A stretch of DNA of 50,081 bases, taken from positions 1 through 50,081 of the IMG/VR virus record IMGVR_UViG_3300017971_000082; one strand, 5' to 3'. Of the stretch, positions 11,101 through 18,728 are shown piece by piece (position 1 is the stretch's first letter; each line of letters opens with the position of its first letter). The notes under the pieces were generated by a model. The model had not been told where the DNA came from. It saw only the letters and a program-made list of their open reading frames with translations, and did not search any database. A program made the position numbers and the translations under genes. Source of the DNA: a virus (lineage: Duplodnaviria > Caudoviricetes).

Positions 11101-12228
11101 GGCATCATGCGCTACCGGCCCTGGCGGATCTTCGGCCATCTCGGCTCGTTCGGCATGCTGCAGGCGATGGAGCGTGCGCGGGACGTGAAGGCGCTCTACA
11201 CGGTGCCGACCGGGCACGGGTTCCAGCAGCCGGACCTGGCTCGGTTCTCCCGAGGCGTGCGCCACATCGTCGCATCGTGGGCGCTCTACACGTTCATGGA
11301 TCAGGTTCTGGGCATGGACACCGGGAACTTCATCGGTGCTCACCCGAGCGATATCCCGGGGCTCTCGGAGATGCCCTGGGTCTATGGGATCCCGAATTCG
11401 ATCCGCTTCATCCCGGGCGGCATCCCCGCTGGCGTGTCCACGATGCCTGCGAAGATGGGTCTCGGCACGGTGCTCGGGGCGGGCCGCCTGTTCCAGGAGG
11501 TGGCGGCGGGTCGGAGCCCTTCGGATGCGATGAGCAACCAGGTGCGGATCTTCAAGGATCAGAACCGCACGTTCTTCCTGCCCTTCGACAACGGGTGGGC
11601 GATCCCGGGCGGGTTCCTCACGATCCCGTTCTCGCGCTCGATCATCGGCAGGATGGGCCAGATGCTCGAAGCGGACGTGCATCCGACCGATCGGGAGAAG
11701 CCTCTCCGGTTCGGCCCCTCATCCAGGCCGGTCTCGACCACCTACGCTGAGATGCTCAAGCGGGCGATCTTCCCCGGCTCCCCAAGCTCATGGTCTGAGG
11801 GCTATCGGACTTCTCGCTACCGTGAGGGCGGGCGGATGACTCGGCAGTACATCCGTGATGACCTGAGCCAGCGGTTCTTCCGTGCTGAGAACCAGCAGGA
11901 GATGCAGGAGATCTTCGAGGAGGCGAGCAACCTGGGGCTCGGTGACTTCGCAAACACGCTGAAGTCGAAGGCCAGGCTCTGGAGCTGGAGCCCGAAGGTG
12001 AGATCCTACTCGATCAGTGACCCGCTCCCGGTCAAGATCAAGAACGCGATCGAGGATGCGGACTCGCTCACGACACTGGAGCGGGCGAAGGTTCACGAGC
12101 TGATCTGGGGCAAGGGCACGCCGCTGATGAGCTTGCGCCCGTCGAAGCTGCGCGCCTTCGCCCAGATGCCTGGTCTACTTGATCTGATCAATCGCTACCG
12201 CAGGGAGTTCATGCTGCGAGAGCGATGA
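5200..12228 (+). CDS. Large internal virion/ejection protein (2342 aa)
   Basis: Gly/Ala-rich hydrophobic N-terminal region, charged helical middle, DYFPH motif; last gene of the late arm. Confidence 0.65.
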   Translation: MPDQTPWSPRGYDPNRIRHSWSGGREEIVGGYRRLIYGLSDQEIFGSPEQAQQYENQLWQRLSLPEQQALRNERYGFFERLKYLRNLHTTRGERLATGAEQDKGLFGSLRAAAGEVVGGVGALPAIAGGLASAVGLESVGRGIKSLMYDDPGISAGQAARRTRDIFQGAFDPRYLEMGLEGQRDSSELLATAVRKNQERKRLGLPTEMGSELMERDIEIGQRGQEVAARGGIESVGRTVGDIGALVLGTKGLGMAAGAATKVPMAGGVLRGAGNAAQALGRGAVGRGAAGAASTGAAFGLLGVGREESWGAFPREFAFGAGMHGAGSLLGGFGGLMRGRALGGQKTLGLSPGVSTQVGTGMQQLSGRALAPAVRGGRGASAIRAAARGGAETAKLTAGSVAANVYEAVTDEDLTLGDALTRTLHEIPAHAVFGALSAARGRSGALRPESGGKASEAEKYRQMTEEPLPRALPQKRAFESMSAYRERVRREVPAVRQRQMWAERGRGGAQVQEGVVRRTVPGSIRAARRGMEPRTKDEWMRASAERVSKVERQVGEMRKAEDARMALAGERGQEFRKQVDARVEFDRKQRAQEIAERQGFKDPEAMVEATRQQVVEVSRRAESLLANEIRNVTGPQVDEFRREMATMLSELRRDLRKRGGIHQGVITKMWNRTLKKIEAIDPTLAVRAQAQMVRAREKKQPEQWKAFEPPKPKPEFMPETELPYEGMEKKPSAESKLPEPGRPTRGAETALPRPQDLVGSEPVPGEIVREGLKLAYPQSAKGRRFLTRESAASAEGHARFVEQFKGSPKEVAGQALLHARLQGEGLPRNTNAVRGEETFWGKVTEKAGVDAGTYSDALKQYRKAANKEYGKAAGEATKKAKATGAAADHLKGYLAEAAYGSKIGVDHQASREKAINAIAHPAGMLKDESNAAHRVAKAREMVREAELAMGFHEGQLWTNISFAMDARARKLGVWEEGTRQPSEKLYEEMVKGVQAKDTYGVYPWETILNERIRGEFEERIRDRGDAGEVGEGRRQLAGEAGREVPLELRLGMDTLTGYYLGGGIKSGLAKELGVTGDLLRFQKAVADKLVETGLATKGAGEHDYRWTDRGIAMVNDLSNWLNSNKRYRKNFPEFSPPWNEAVERPWDVRCLSPCGAFDGSQRTVEATAKHGLSEGEADRLVDHEPLMRDRLMEWAKGSWRRIKAGVMTDPTELNVYELTKTLKADPKNRGWIRKMVRHQFTPLWQIAPGLVQIGEKEGTHWILRSKQLESLATEGLGKEWVEDKSFIDGKTQPRFERVIDIVEEYGKLSHKDRLARMAEIGEEDWGRVQVIRTVLREMRKDIVQHLYDPIRVAIKRAKATGQNVDEAVGIDLHSLAPHLGVPFDPVSGSRMAWDNKLHREFFRNKNIRVIEEVMQAKELLEPGATTFVKLPNGQMLEVTGYGVRDYFPHVWMKYDLNPFLAQQYKTDISDTTPEIFDGMPTIKGHLRVANGYAKDPLVPQAKRRKFVANWLQRRLDRDGYVKHPAVLMMYLRESYRKIKHERVMQQGEDHLLGEYAPLDISTPAAAGKMLYESTSATTEQSYSSMAGHEVGGNLMMEVRGVFPPRYGKRFQAKGPWKMYIVRNQTKLGMREEGSDKWGADDVIVLHQPGPINQASNYIKLKGREEIQRARLFVRSRGLIQGITGVVENSFLWDRLEEIARGGGPKDWNARRGFLWRAWESIETTLGALGHHAALGGVINSPAAQMNLIEGNLVLNAATNGFQSVSAGWKTMRGFLPAATKRVPMYWKMASEGKSHREIWDAIAKDTLASDPNNAWAKHYERILKKSPYDLGGMHEKNMWAVDVVEGQVGKEESAVTQAMVEARDTAGRWIVKHIDPKMFTSFELSEQHTRQMLYMTAYDHYLKRFGNGAGKGKAPFVNPETGEHFRVIEGEAMRRDGTAENPHLLSAHDLAFGQVMRTHFVYRLAYHPGIMRYRPWRIFGHLGSFGMLQAMERARDVKALYTVPTGHGFQQPDLARFSRGVRHIVASWALYTFMDQVLGMDTGNFIGAHPSDIPGLSEMPWVYGIPNSIRFIPGGIPAGVSTMPAKMGLGTVLGAGRLFQEVAAGRSPSDAMSNQVRIFKDQNRTFFLPFDNGWAIPGGFLTIPFSRSIIGRMGQMLEADVHPTDREKPLRFGPSSRPVSTTYAEMLKRAIFPGSPSSWSEGYRTSRYREGGRMTRQYIRDDLSQRFFRAENQQEMQEIFEEASNLGLGDFANTLKSKARLWSWSPKVRSYSISDPLPVKIKNAIEDADSLTTLERAKVHELIWGKGTPLMSLRPSKLRAFAQMPGLLDLINRYRREFMLRER

Positions 12229-12610
12229 TCGCATTCCCGATGAGCAGGTCGAGGGCTTCGAGCCCGATCTGGGTGAGGACCGACACCATGTCGTGGAGGA
12301 TGGCGGCTTCGCGGAAGTGCCTGTTCTTCACCTGGCGCATCTGATCGGTGTTCATCTTGTAGAAGTCGATCAGCTCGCGGTCGGAGAAGGTGAGCAGCAG
12401 GTCGTGCTGGACGGAGGCGAAGGTCTCGCCGGCAACGAGGCGTTCGAGGTAGTCCTTGAGCGTCTCGACTGCGATCCCGACCATCGCATCCTTGTTGCGC
12501 TTGAGGAAGTTGCGGATCTCTCTGCGGGCTACGGCCGGGATCTCGTCGAGCCCGCCAGAGGAGAGCATGGCATCGAGGACGGCATCGGTCAGGGGAGTTT
12601 CGGATTCCAC
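12209..12610 (-). CDS. Hypothetical protein
   Basis: AAGGAG RBS before the GTG at 12610; convergent overlap with the large late gene. Confidence 0.7.
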   Translation of the reverse strand: MESETPLTDAVLDAMLSSGGLDEIPAVARREIRNFLKRNKDAMVGIAVETLKDYLERLVAGETFASVQHDLLLTFSDRELIDFYKMNTDQMRQVKNRHFREAAILHDMVSVLTQIGLEALDLLIGNAIIALAA

Positions 12611-12711
12611 TTTGGTTCTCCTTGTGTTGAGTGTGAGGGTGATTTCTCTGCCCCGTGGGTGATATGCAGGGTCCAGCATCTTCCTCCACAGGGGCTCGCT
12701 TCGTGGCCAGA

Positions 12712-13068
12712 TCACTCCTTGGTGTTCTTGCCCTGGACGATCTGGTGCAGCTGATCCCACCACTTATGGTTCTCCTGCAGGAAGACCTGGAGACGCTCGG
12801 AGATGGGCTCTCCGACGACCGCCCGATCGGCTTCGAGCTTCGAGCCAGCCCAGGCGTTGACGACGACGGGAGCCAGGTCATCTTTCGAGACGGTTCCCTT
12901 GCAGCCCGTGAGCAGCGCGCCCAGGAGCGCCAGGATCAGAACGGCACAGCATCCACACAGGATCTGGTTGGCTCTGCGGTACCGCTCGGAGCGTGCTTCG
13001 AGGACTTCTTGGGTGCTGGTGTAGTAGTTATTCTCCAGGGAGCGATCCGATGGATTCCTATAAGCCAT
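12712..13068 (-). CDS. Putative lipoprotein/membrane protein
   Basis: Hydrophobic stretch VLILALLGALLTG followed by Cys (lipobox-like LTGC). The start is uncertain. Confidence 0.6.
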   Translation of the reverse strand: MAYRNPSDRSLENNYYTSTQEVLEARSERYRRANQILCGCCAVLILALLGALLTGCKGTVSKDDLAPVVVNAWAGSKLEADRAVVGEPISERLQVFLQENHKWWDQLHQIVQGKNTKE

Positions 13069-13274
13069 AGTAGGAGGTACTCCTTATTGGGATCTTCGAT
13101 CCGGTCGATGAATGTTACGAGTGTGCTAAGCAGGGGCTCTCGGCTACCTGTCCTCCATCTGCTAAGGGTGGACGAAGCATAGCCCGTCCGCTGTTCCAGG
13201 TCCTTGAGCGATAGGCCGCGAAAGGCCATCCACTTCTTGAGCCTCGATGCGAACGGACAATGCTTTCGTTTCAT
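12936..13274 (-). CDS. XRE/Cro-family HTH regulator
   Basis: RLKKWMAFRGLSLKDLEQRTGYASSTLSRWRTGSREP fits the HTH_3 pattern. Confidence 0.85.
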   Translation of the reverse strand: MKRKHCPFASRLKKWMAFRGLSLKDLEQRTGYASSTLSRWRTGSREPLLSTLVTFIDRIEDPNKEYLLLWLIGIHRIAPWRITTTPAPKKSSKHAPSGTAEPTRSCVDAVPF

Positions 13275-13660
13275 GTGAAGTCTTCGATGTCTTCTCGGGT
13301 GAAGTGATGCGACCTGTGCGCCAGGTACCTCTCACCCTTGCGAGTGCGAAAGCCCCAGGCTTCAAGCCGAACGTCCCATCCGCTGCTGAGAAGGAACTGG
13401 ATCACATGCAGGGACTGGCCTCTCCACGGGACCGTCCGGGACAGCATCTTGCGGAAGTGTGCCGCGAAGTGTCCTCCGGCTGCGCCTGTCACCTGGATGG
13501 CGACGGGAGGGGCTCCGGGCTTCACGGCGATCAGGTCGAAGATGCCCCACAGGTCGCGTGACACCGTGGCTCTGACGCTTGCGAAGCCTTCGACCCTCCC
13601 GACGAGGTATCCTTGGCTCTCGTAGTCGGAGATGGTCTTCTTGGTCTGGTCCAGTTTCAT
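13271..13660 (-). CDS. PD-(D/E)XK-fold nuclease, Holliday-junction-resolvase-like
   Basis: GYLVGRVE...DLWGIFDLIAV...AIQVT; GAGGAG RBS; ATGA coupling. Confidence 0.65.
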   Translation of the reverse strand: MKLDQTKKTISDYESQGYLVGRVEGFASVRATVSRDLWGIFDLIAVKPGAPPVAIQVTGAAGGHFAAHFRKMLSRTVPWRGQSLHVIQFLLSSGWDVRLEAWGFRTRKGERYLAHRSHHFTREDIEDFT

Positions 13661-14271
13661 TGAGGGGCTCCTCGGTTGGCTCGCTGCTGGCGCGAGTCGA
13701 AGACGTGCTCTCGCTTGTCGGGCTTCTGGTAGAGCGCGAGCCCGAAGGACCAGCCCAGGTTCGAGGCTGCCCGCTTGAAGGCGTCCGACTCTGCCCCCTT
13801 GCAGGCCATGTCGATGGGGCTCTCGCGATCCGTGAAGTGAATCGCCCTGGCTCCCTCGGGTGCATCCTGCGGTACGTGGGGGTTCGCCGTGCCGGTGCAG
13901 AAGCCTGTTCCGGTGTGGCAGGTCTCGCGGCCATCGGCCCACCGGATGATGAGCTTCACCTTGCAGATCCAGCCGCACCGATACACGGGCATGCACCGCT
14001 TGGTCTGGTAGTCCTGCTTGAGCCCGATCTCGCCGAACACCTCGGTGGGTCCATCGACGGTCTCGCTCGACCAGCCATGCGGCCCGAAGATCTCATTCAG
14101 GCGGGCTCGGACGTAGACGTGCTCCACGTAGTCCATCTGCTGGCCCGCTCGGCCCTTCTGCTCGCAGACGGCCATGTCCAGGCTCTCCTGGCACTTCTTG
14201 CGTTGCCAGAGAACCATCTGCTCGGGAGTCCATTCGGGACTCTTGGTCTCGGTCTTCTGTTCTTCGCTCAT
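13657..14271 (-). CDS. Rad52/Rad22 (Sak-like) single-strand annealing protein
   Basis: YVEHVYVRARLNEIFGPHGWS and KGAESDAFKRAASNLG..GLALY are Rad52-family signatures. Confidence 0.88.
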   Translation of the reverse strand: MSEEQKTETKSPEWTPEQMVLWQRKKCQESLDMAVCEQKGRAGQQMDYVEHVYVRARLNEIFGPHGWSSETVDGPTEVFGEIGLKQDYQTKRCMPVYRCGWICKVKLIIRWADGRETCHTGTGFCTGTANPHVPQDAPEGARAIHFTDRESPIDMACKGAESDAFKRAASNLGWSFGLALYQKPDKREHVFDSRQQRANRGAPQ

Positions 14272-15335
14272 CACTCGGCCTCGGGGATGGGCGCATCGGG
14301 CCGCTGGATGCGGATGAGGCGCTCTTCCTTGGTGGGGGTGTACATCCCGGCGTTCTCCCAGCACCAGGCACGAGAGGGGCAGAAAGCGCAGCCGCCATTC
14401 GGGCTCTTGGGAAGCTCCGGGTCGGTGGTCTTGGTCTTCTGCTCGGGCTGGAATCCACGGGGAAGGGTGTTCTTCCCGCTCTTCCATGCCCAGAAGGCGC
14501 TCTCGAAGCCTCTGTAGCACTCTCGGGCCAGGTTGGCCTGGTACTCGAAGGCAAGCCCTCGGCGCACCTGGGACTCCTTGGCGAGGCCAATCAGGCAGGC
14601 TGTGTCGAGCGGCCCGTCGATCGTGCCGTCTGAGATCAGCCGGGTGAGAGCCTTCTCTCCTGTGCAGTTCTCCTCGTGAGGCAGCTCTTCGAGGAGCACG
14701 GCACCGTTGGAGACGGCCTTGTACTCCTCAGGCGTTTCAGGGGCTCTCTGCCTGGAGCGGACGAGGTAGCCGTGGTTGAGCAGGTGGATGCCCATGTTCG
14801 CCTGGCAGACGGCTCCCGGGTTGGGCTCAGGAGAGCGCCTGTTGCCCTTGCGGTCGTTGCGGTACATCCACTTGTCGATCTCGTACTTCGTGCCGGTCTT
14901 GTACTCCAGCACGGCCTGCGTGTCGGGGCAGATGCGGATGATCCCGTCCAGCTTGCCGGTGACGTAGATGGTGACCGCGTTGGCGCTGAGAATCGGGAAA
15001 ACCAGTTTTAGCTGGGTGCCGCGAACTTCCACACCGGATCCGACCAGATCCCCGTAGAGCGCGGCCTCCTCCATGTCACCTGTGCGGAAGACGGCCTGAG
15101 AGCGCCAGTCGTTCACCTCGAAGAGGCCCATGAGCTGATACGTGATGCGCCTTGGGCAGAGCAGCGCCCAATGCGAGCTTGAGGCCCAGAGCCCATGTGG
15201 GAGCCCGTCTTCGAGCCTCTTGATGGCCTTCTCCCACTTGGACAGGGCGATGCCTGCCAGGTGGTCTTCCATCTTGGCGATGGGGTTGTTCTCCATCTCG
15301 ATGAGCGGGAGGAAGTTGATGTTCGCTAGGTCCAT
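14271..15335 (-). CDS. Cas4-like PD-(D/E)XK exonuclease with Fe-S cysteines
   Basis: CPRR, GKLDG, LEYKT, Q motif and C-terminal CAFCPSRAWC; AGGAG RBS before 15335. Confidence 0.8.
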   Translation of the reverse strand: MDLANINFLPLIEMENNPIAKMEDHLAGIALSKWEKAIKRLEDGLPHGLWASSSHWALLCPRRITYQLMGLFEVNDWRSQAVFRTGDMEEAALYGDLVGSGVEVRGTQLKLVFPILSANAVTIYVTGKLDGIIRICPDTQAVLEYKTGTKYEIDKWMYRNDRKGNRRSPEPNPGAVCQANMGIHLLNHGYLVRSRQRAPETPEEYKAVSNGAVLLEELPHEENCTGEKALTRLISDGTIDGPLDTACLIGLAKESQVRRGLAFEYQANLARECYRGFESAFWAWKSGKNTLPRGFQPEQKTKTTDPELPKSPNGGCAFCPSRAWCWENAGMYTPTKEERLIRIQRPDAPIPEAE

Positions 15336-15350
15336 TTCATCTCCTGTAGG

Positions 15351-15390
15351 GCCTTGCCAGTATGCCAAAGCGTTAGCCACCTGGCAAGGC
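15351..15390 (-). promoter_or_regulatory. Sigma70-like promoter TTGCCA-N17-CATACT (extended TG) bracketed by a 10-bp inverted repeat
   Basis: -35 at 15387-15382 and -10 at 15364-15359. Inverted repeat GCCTTGCCAG (15351-60) / CTGGCAAGGC (15381-90). Confidence 0.55.
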
Positions 15391-15479
15391 TCGGTTGCTC
15401 CTTGGGAGGGCTTGACAGCCTTCCCGGTGAAGTGTAGGGGTCGGGGGCAGGGGGCGCCAATGGGAGGTAGTGTCCCCGC

Positions 15480-15977
15480 TCAAGCCTCGCAGACGAAGCG
15501 GTACCCGGTGGTGATGGACTGAGGCGGCCTGGGCTCGAAGCGGCAGTTGCCCTTGCCTTCCCCGTACTTCAGCTGCAGCCAGACGGTGACGGTGCACCAG
15601 TCCCACGGGGTACGGTACACATGAGTCACGGCCCCATCGTATGGGATCGACACGCCATCTTCGATAGCGTGCTGGATGGATCGTCTGCAGCTGTATCGAG
15701 AGTTGTGGCGCCGCCACCCAAGCTCGGCCAGCTCTCGGACGATCTGCTTGCCGATCAGGGTGAACTCTTCACCCGGGATCTCGAAGCGGACAGCGATGCT
15801 GATCCCACCTCCCCATGATGCGGTGATGTGGGTCTTCTCGAACCACTTGGGGAACTCGCGCCTCATCTGCGGTTCGAGCTTCTCCCAGAAGCCCCGGCAG
15901 ACGTTCAGGCGTGAGAGCTGCTTGTTCAGCTTGATGATCTCTTCGGTAAGCTCATCGAACTTCTGACGCTTGATCAT
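15480..15977 (-). CDS. Hypothetical protein
   Basis: Start context AAGGAGATGAGCC-ATG. Confidence 0.75.
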   Translation of the reverse strand: MIKRQKFDELTEEIIKLNKQLSRLNVCRGFWEKLEPQMRREFPKWFEKTHITASWGGGISIAVRFEIPGEEFTLIGKQIVRELAELGWRRHNSRYSCRRSIQHAIEDGVSIPYDGAVTHVYRTPWDWCTVTVWLQLKYGEGKGNCRFEPRPPQSITTGYRFVCEA

Positions 15978-15996
15978 GGCTCATCTCCTTGAAGGG

Positions 15997-16020
15997 GGAG
16001 CCTGGCAGGCGCCAGGCTCC
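15997..16020 (-). terminator. Intergenic hairpin, possible terminator or processing stem
   Basis: GGAGCCTGG-CAGGCG-CCAGGCTCC, 9-bp stem, weak U tract. Confidence 0.4.
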
Positions 16021-16036
16021 AGGGTTCGCTTGGTTG

Positions 16037-17191
16037 CTAGGCTTCGACCAGTTCAAGCTCTTTCTTGTCACGGATGCCGAGCATGATCCCGGAGAGCTGC
16101 TCCAGGTCGGCTCGGCGATCCTCGCTGATCTCGCTGGACTGTCCCAGGAAGCTCAGCGCGTTGGCCAGGCGCCACTTGGTCGCCTTGCCTGAGGGGATCT
16201 CGTTCTCGTCGTTGCGGCTGAGCACGGCGTTCACCTGCTCTGCCTCGGCCTTGCTGATGCGCTTGGCCTTCACCAGACCCTTGATCTCGGCCTCGGGCTC
16301 GATCTCCTCCTGAGCGGCGATTGCGAGGGGAGCCAGGCGGTTCTGAAGGGCTTGCGGCTGCAGCACGGACTGGACAGCATCCCGGATCATGCCGGCGCTG
16401 CGCAGCGTGTCGTGGCGGAAGGTGTCCTCTGCGATGGTGATGTCATCGGGCAGCCGCATGCCCAGATGCACCTCACGCAGCATCTTCTCACCGACCATGC
16501 CGTTGATGCAGGCGAGGCGAACGACCTTGAAGGCAAGCTCCTGGCCGCTCGCACCGAAGTCGGAGCTTCTCAGCGCCATGCCGACCCCGAGGTAGTCCAC
16601 GCCACCTGGCGTCTGCAGGGGGATGGGGTGGGGCAGGATCATCTCCATGCTCCACTTGATCTCGTCGTAGCTCGCCCGGTAGGGCTTCATCTGGAGCCTT
16701 CTGGCGGCTTCGAGGAACGAGGCGATGATGTCCACGCTATTCAGGCGCCGATACTGATCGCTGAGCACGCCTCGGATCTGGTTGTCCACGCTGCGGATCA
16801 GCATCCGCTCCCTGGTCTTCGTGTTCGCCAGGGTGGTCGAGATGGCATCTGCGACGACCATGCGTTGCCAGGGCTCTCCGTCGATCCAGTTCTTGAGGTT
16901 GCTGCCCCGTCCGAGCAGGTCGAGCTTTTCGGCGAACTGCCTCAGGGCGTGGCTGTGGAAGTGATTGGGCTCGGTGTCTCCGTTGAACAGCAGGCCGACC
17001 CGGTTCTTGCCGTCCACGGTCACCTCGATGGGCGTGGAGCTGCCGTTCTGGCCGACCTTGACGATGCGATCCTTCACGGGCTCTTGCTCAAGCCTCTCGA
17101 TGGTCGCTGTGGCTCTCTGGCGGCCCGTCTCGACCATCTGGTCGATCCTCTGGGTCACCTTCTCTTTCGAGACGATTTCTCGCTGGTTCAT
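16037..17191 (-). CDS. DUF932-like phage/plasmid protein
   Basis: IRGVLSDQYRRLNS, SDFG, RLACINGMV and HLG motifs. Confidence 0.75.
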   Translation of the reverse strand: MNQREIVSKEKVTQRIDQMVETGRQRATATIERLEQEPVKDRIVKVGQNGSSTPIEVTVDGKNRVGLLFNGDTEPNHFHSHALRQFAEKLDLLGRGSNLKNWIDGEPWQRMVVADAISTTLANTKTRERMLIRSVDNQIRGVLSDQYRRLNSVDIIASFLEAARRLQMKPYRASYDEIKWSMEMILPHPIPLQTPGGVDYLGVGMALRSSDFGASGQELAFKVVRLACINGMVGEKMLREVHLGMRLPDDITIAEDTFRHDTLRSAGMIRDAVQSVLQPQALQNRLAPLAIAAQEEIEPEAEIKGLVKAKRISKAEAEQVNAVLSRNDENEIPSGKATKWRLANALSFLGQSSEISEDRRADLEQLSGIMLGIRDKKELELVEA

Positions 17192-17333
17192 GGCTCATCT
17201 CCTTGGGTGTGGCGCTGAGGAGCCGCCAGATCTCGGCGGCAGCCTCAAGCTCTTCTGGGGTTACGTTCTCAAGCTCAAAGCACCTGTCGCAGTAGCCATG
17301 CTCGTCAGGCGCTCCACATATGGGACACGGCAC
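17088..17333 (-). CDS. Small Zn-finger protein
   Basis: CPICG...CDRC; its 3' end overlaps the next gene. Confidence 0.5.
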   Translation of the reverse strand: MPCPICGAPDEHGYCDRCFELENVTPEELEAAAEIWRLLSATPKEMSHEPARNRLEREGDPEDRPDGRDGPPESHSDHREA

Positions 17334-17337
17334 GAGC

Positions 17338-17679
17338 CTAGTTCTCAGCCAGGCTCTGGGCCTCCTCGCTCGCCCGATCGATGATCCTTCCGATGGGCCG
17401 AGTGAAGATCAGGACGCCATCCGACGATCGGGGTGCAACCATCTGGATCATCAGGAGGGTAGCGACCCTCTCGGGGCCTATGTTCAGCTTCGCGTTGTCC
17501 TCGGGCGAAATGGTCTGGACCTGGATGCAGACGTTCAGCTCGTCCTCGATCAGGTGGATTTCTCGGGTGAGCCCCTCCAGGTCGTGGAACAGGATCTGGC
17601 GCCGAGGCATAGTCAGTTCCATGCGGTAGCGGCACTCTCGTGCCTCGTCGTAAGCCTTCTCTTTGATGTCTTCGCTCAT
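17338..17679 (-). CDS. Hypothetical protein
   Basis: ATGA coupling, GAGGA RBS. Confidence 0.65.
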   Translation of the reverse strand: MSEDIKEKAYDEARECRYRMELTMPRRQILFHDLEGLTREIHLIEDELNVCIQVQTISPEDNAKLNIGPERVATLLMIQMVAPRSSDGVLIFTRPIGRIIDRASEEAQSLAEN

Positions 17680-17924
17680 TCGTCCTCGTCTCCGTAAAGC
17701 TCGTCCCAGCAGCGGTGGCAGGTCTGGCTGATCTTCCACTCGCTGATGTCGTCCTCGGTGGGGAAGCCACCGAACTCTTGCGGGGTCTTCCCGCACATGG
17801 CGCATCGTCCTGGCTGGACTGATGGCAGCCCGAGTGCCCTCGATGCGATGTCTTTCCGTTCAGGGGATCCGATCGGGTGCTGCATGGAATCCCCAAGCGT
17901 TGGCTTCTCGCTCATTCTCTTCAC
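17676..17924 (-). CDS. Small Zn-binding phage protein
   Basis: CAMCG...EWKISQTCHRCWD. Confidence 0.7.
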   Translation of the reverse strand: MKRMSEKPTLGDSMQHPIGSPERKDIASRALGLPSVQPGRCAMCGKTPQEFGGFPTEDDISEWKISQTCHRCWDELYGDEDE

Positions 17925-18325
17925 TCCCAGGGAAATCGCTCGATCTCTTCGAGCGTGACGATGTAGTAGCCGACCTTGATGCAGGCTCCCTCCTTGAGGT
18001 CCTCGCCGTTAGCCCGGACGAAGGGCGGCCTGCCGATGGTCACGTAGTCGCCGTAGGGCTTGAGCCTGTTGATCGGCTGAAGCTTTGTGCAGCATCTACA
18101 GCCGTTGTCCACGACCATCATGTTCGCATCGAGGATCGAGTGATTCGGCCTCGGCGGCTCGGCCGTGATCTTGAGCTTCGCCTCGCCATAGTCATCGTCA
18201 CAAGAATCGATGTCGAAGATCGTATCGAATTCATCCGGGCAGAATTCCGTCTCGCGGACCCCCTTCTCCGAGTACACCCTGTATGCGTCATAGAAGCGCT
18301 CAACGTAGATCACTGTCTCGCTCAT
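17921..18325 (-). CDS. Hypothetical protein
   Basis: Start context AAGGAGATGAGCC-ATG. Confidence 0.7.
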   Translation of the reverse strand: MSETVIYVERFYDAYRVYSEKGVRETEFCPDEFDTIFDIDSCDDDYGEAKLKITAEPPRPNHSILDANMMVVDNGCRCCTKLQPINRLKPYGDYVTIGRPPFVRANGEDLKEGACIKVGYYIVTLEEIERFPWE

Positions 18326-18351
18326 GGCTCATCTCCTTGATGGTGAAAGGT

Positions 18352-18533
18352 CGGGCTCTCGGCTTCGCCTCGTGCGAAGGGCTCGGGTGGTAAGCCTCAG
18401 CCCCTCGTGTCCCGGCTCAGCTCCCATTCGCATGGCTGCCACCTATCGGCGGCGGGTCAAGCGTATCTGCCGCGCCAGGCTATCGACCGCTCGTGCCACA
18501 GGCTGATGAGCGATCGATCCAGCCGAGAGCCCG
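18352..18533 (-). ncRNA. Candidate structured leader/ncRNA
   Basis: Perfect 13-bp terminal inverted repeat enclosing additional hairpins, filling an intergenic gap. Confidence 0.4.
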
Positions 18534-18542
18534 TGTTCGCTA

Positions 18543-18728
18543 CTAGCCGACCCGCTGAGTTGGCACCTTGGACGAGATCACCTTGAGGGCTCGCTGGATG
18601 ATGTCGCTCATCGCCTTCTCAGTGACTCGATCCTTGTACTTCCTGGCGATCTCCTGGACGCTCTGGGCCTCGGAGACGACCTTGGTAAGCTGATCTCGTG
18701 TCAAGCTCCACATGGGCTTAGCCTCCAT
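18543..18728 (-). CDS. Hypothetical protein
   Basis: GAGAGG RBS, TGATG coupling. Confidence 0.6.
   Translation of the reverse strand: MEAKPMWSLTRDQLTKVVSEAQSVQEIARKYKDRVTEKAMSDIIQRALKVISSKVPTQRVG

Noticed and set aside
5200-12228. Virion RNA polymerase (N4- or crAss-like)
   Set aside because: I found no convincing catalytic motifs (no DxDGD-type or T7-like A/B/C motifs).
14271-15335. CRISPR-Cas locus
   Set aside because: This is a solitary Cas4-like nuclease next to an annealase, with no cas1/cas2 and no array.
18343-18533. Hammerhead ribozyme (CTGATGAG near 18503, GAAA near 18345)
   Set aside because: I could not build stems I-III around the core in any permutation.
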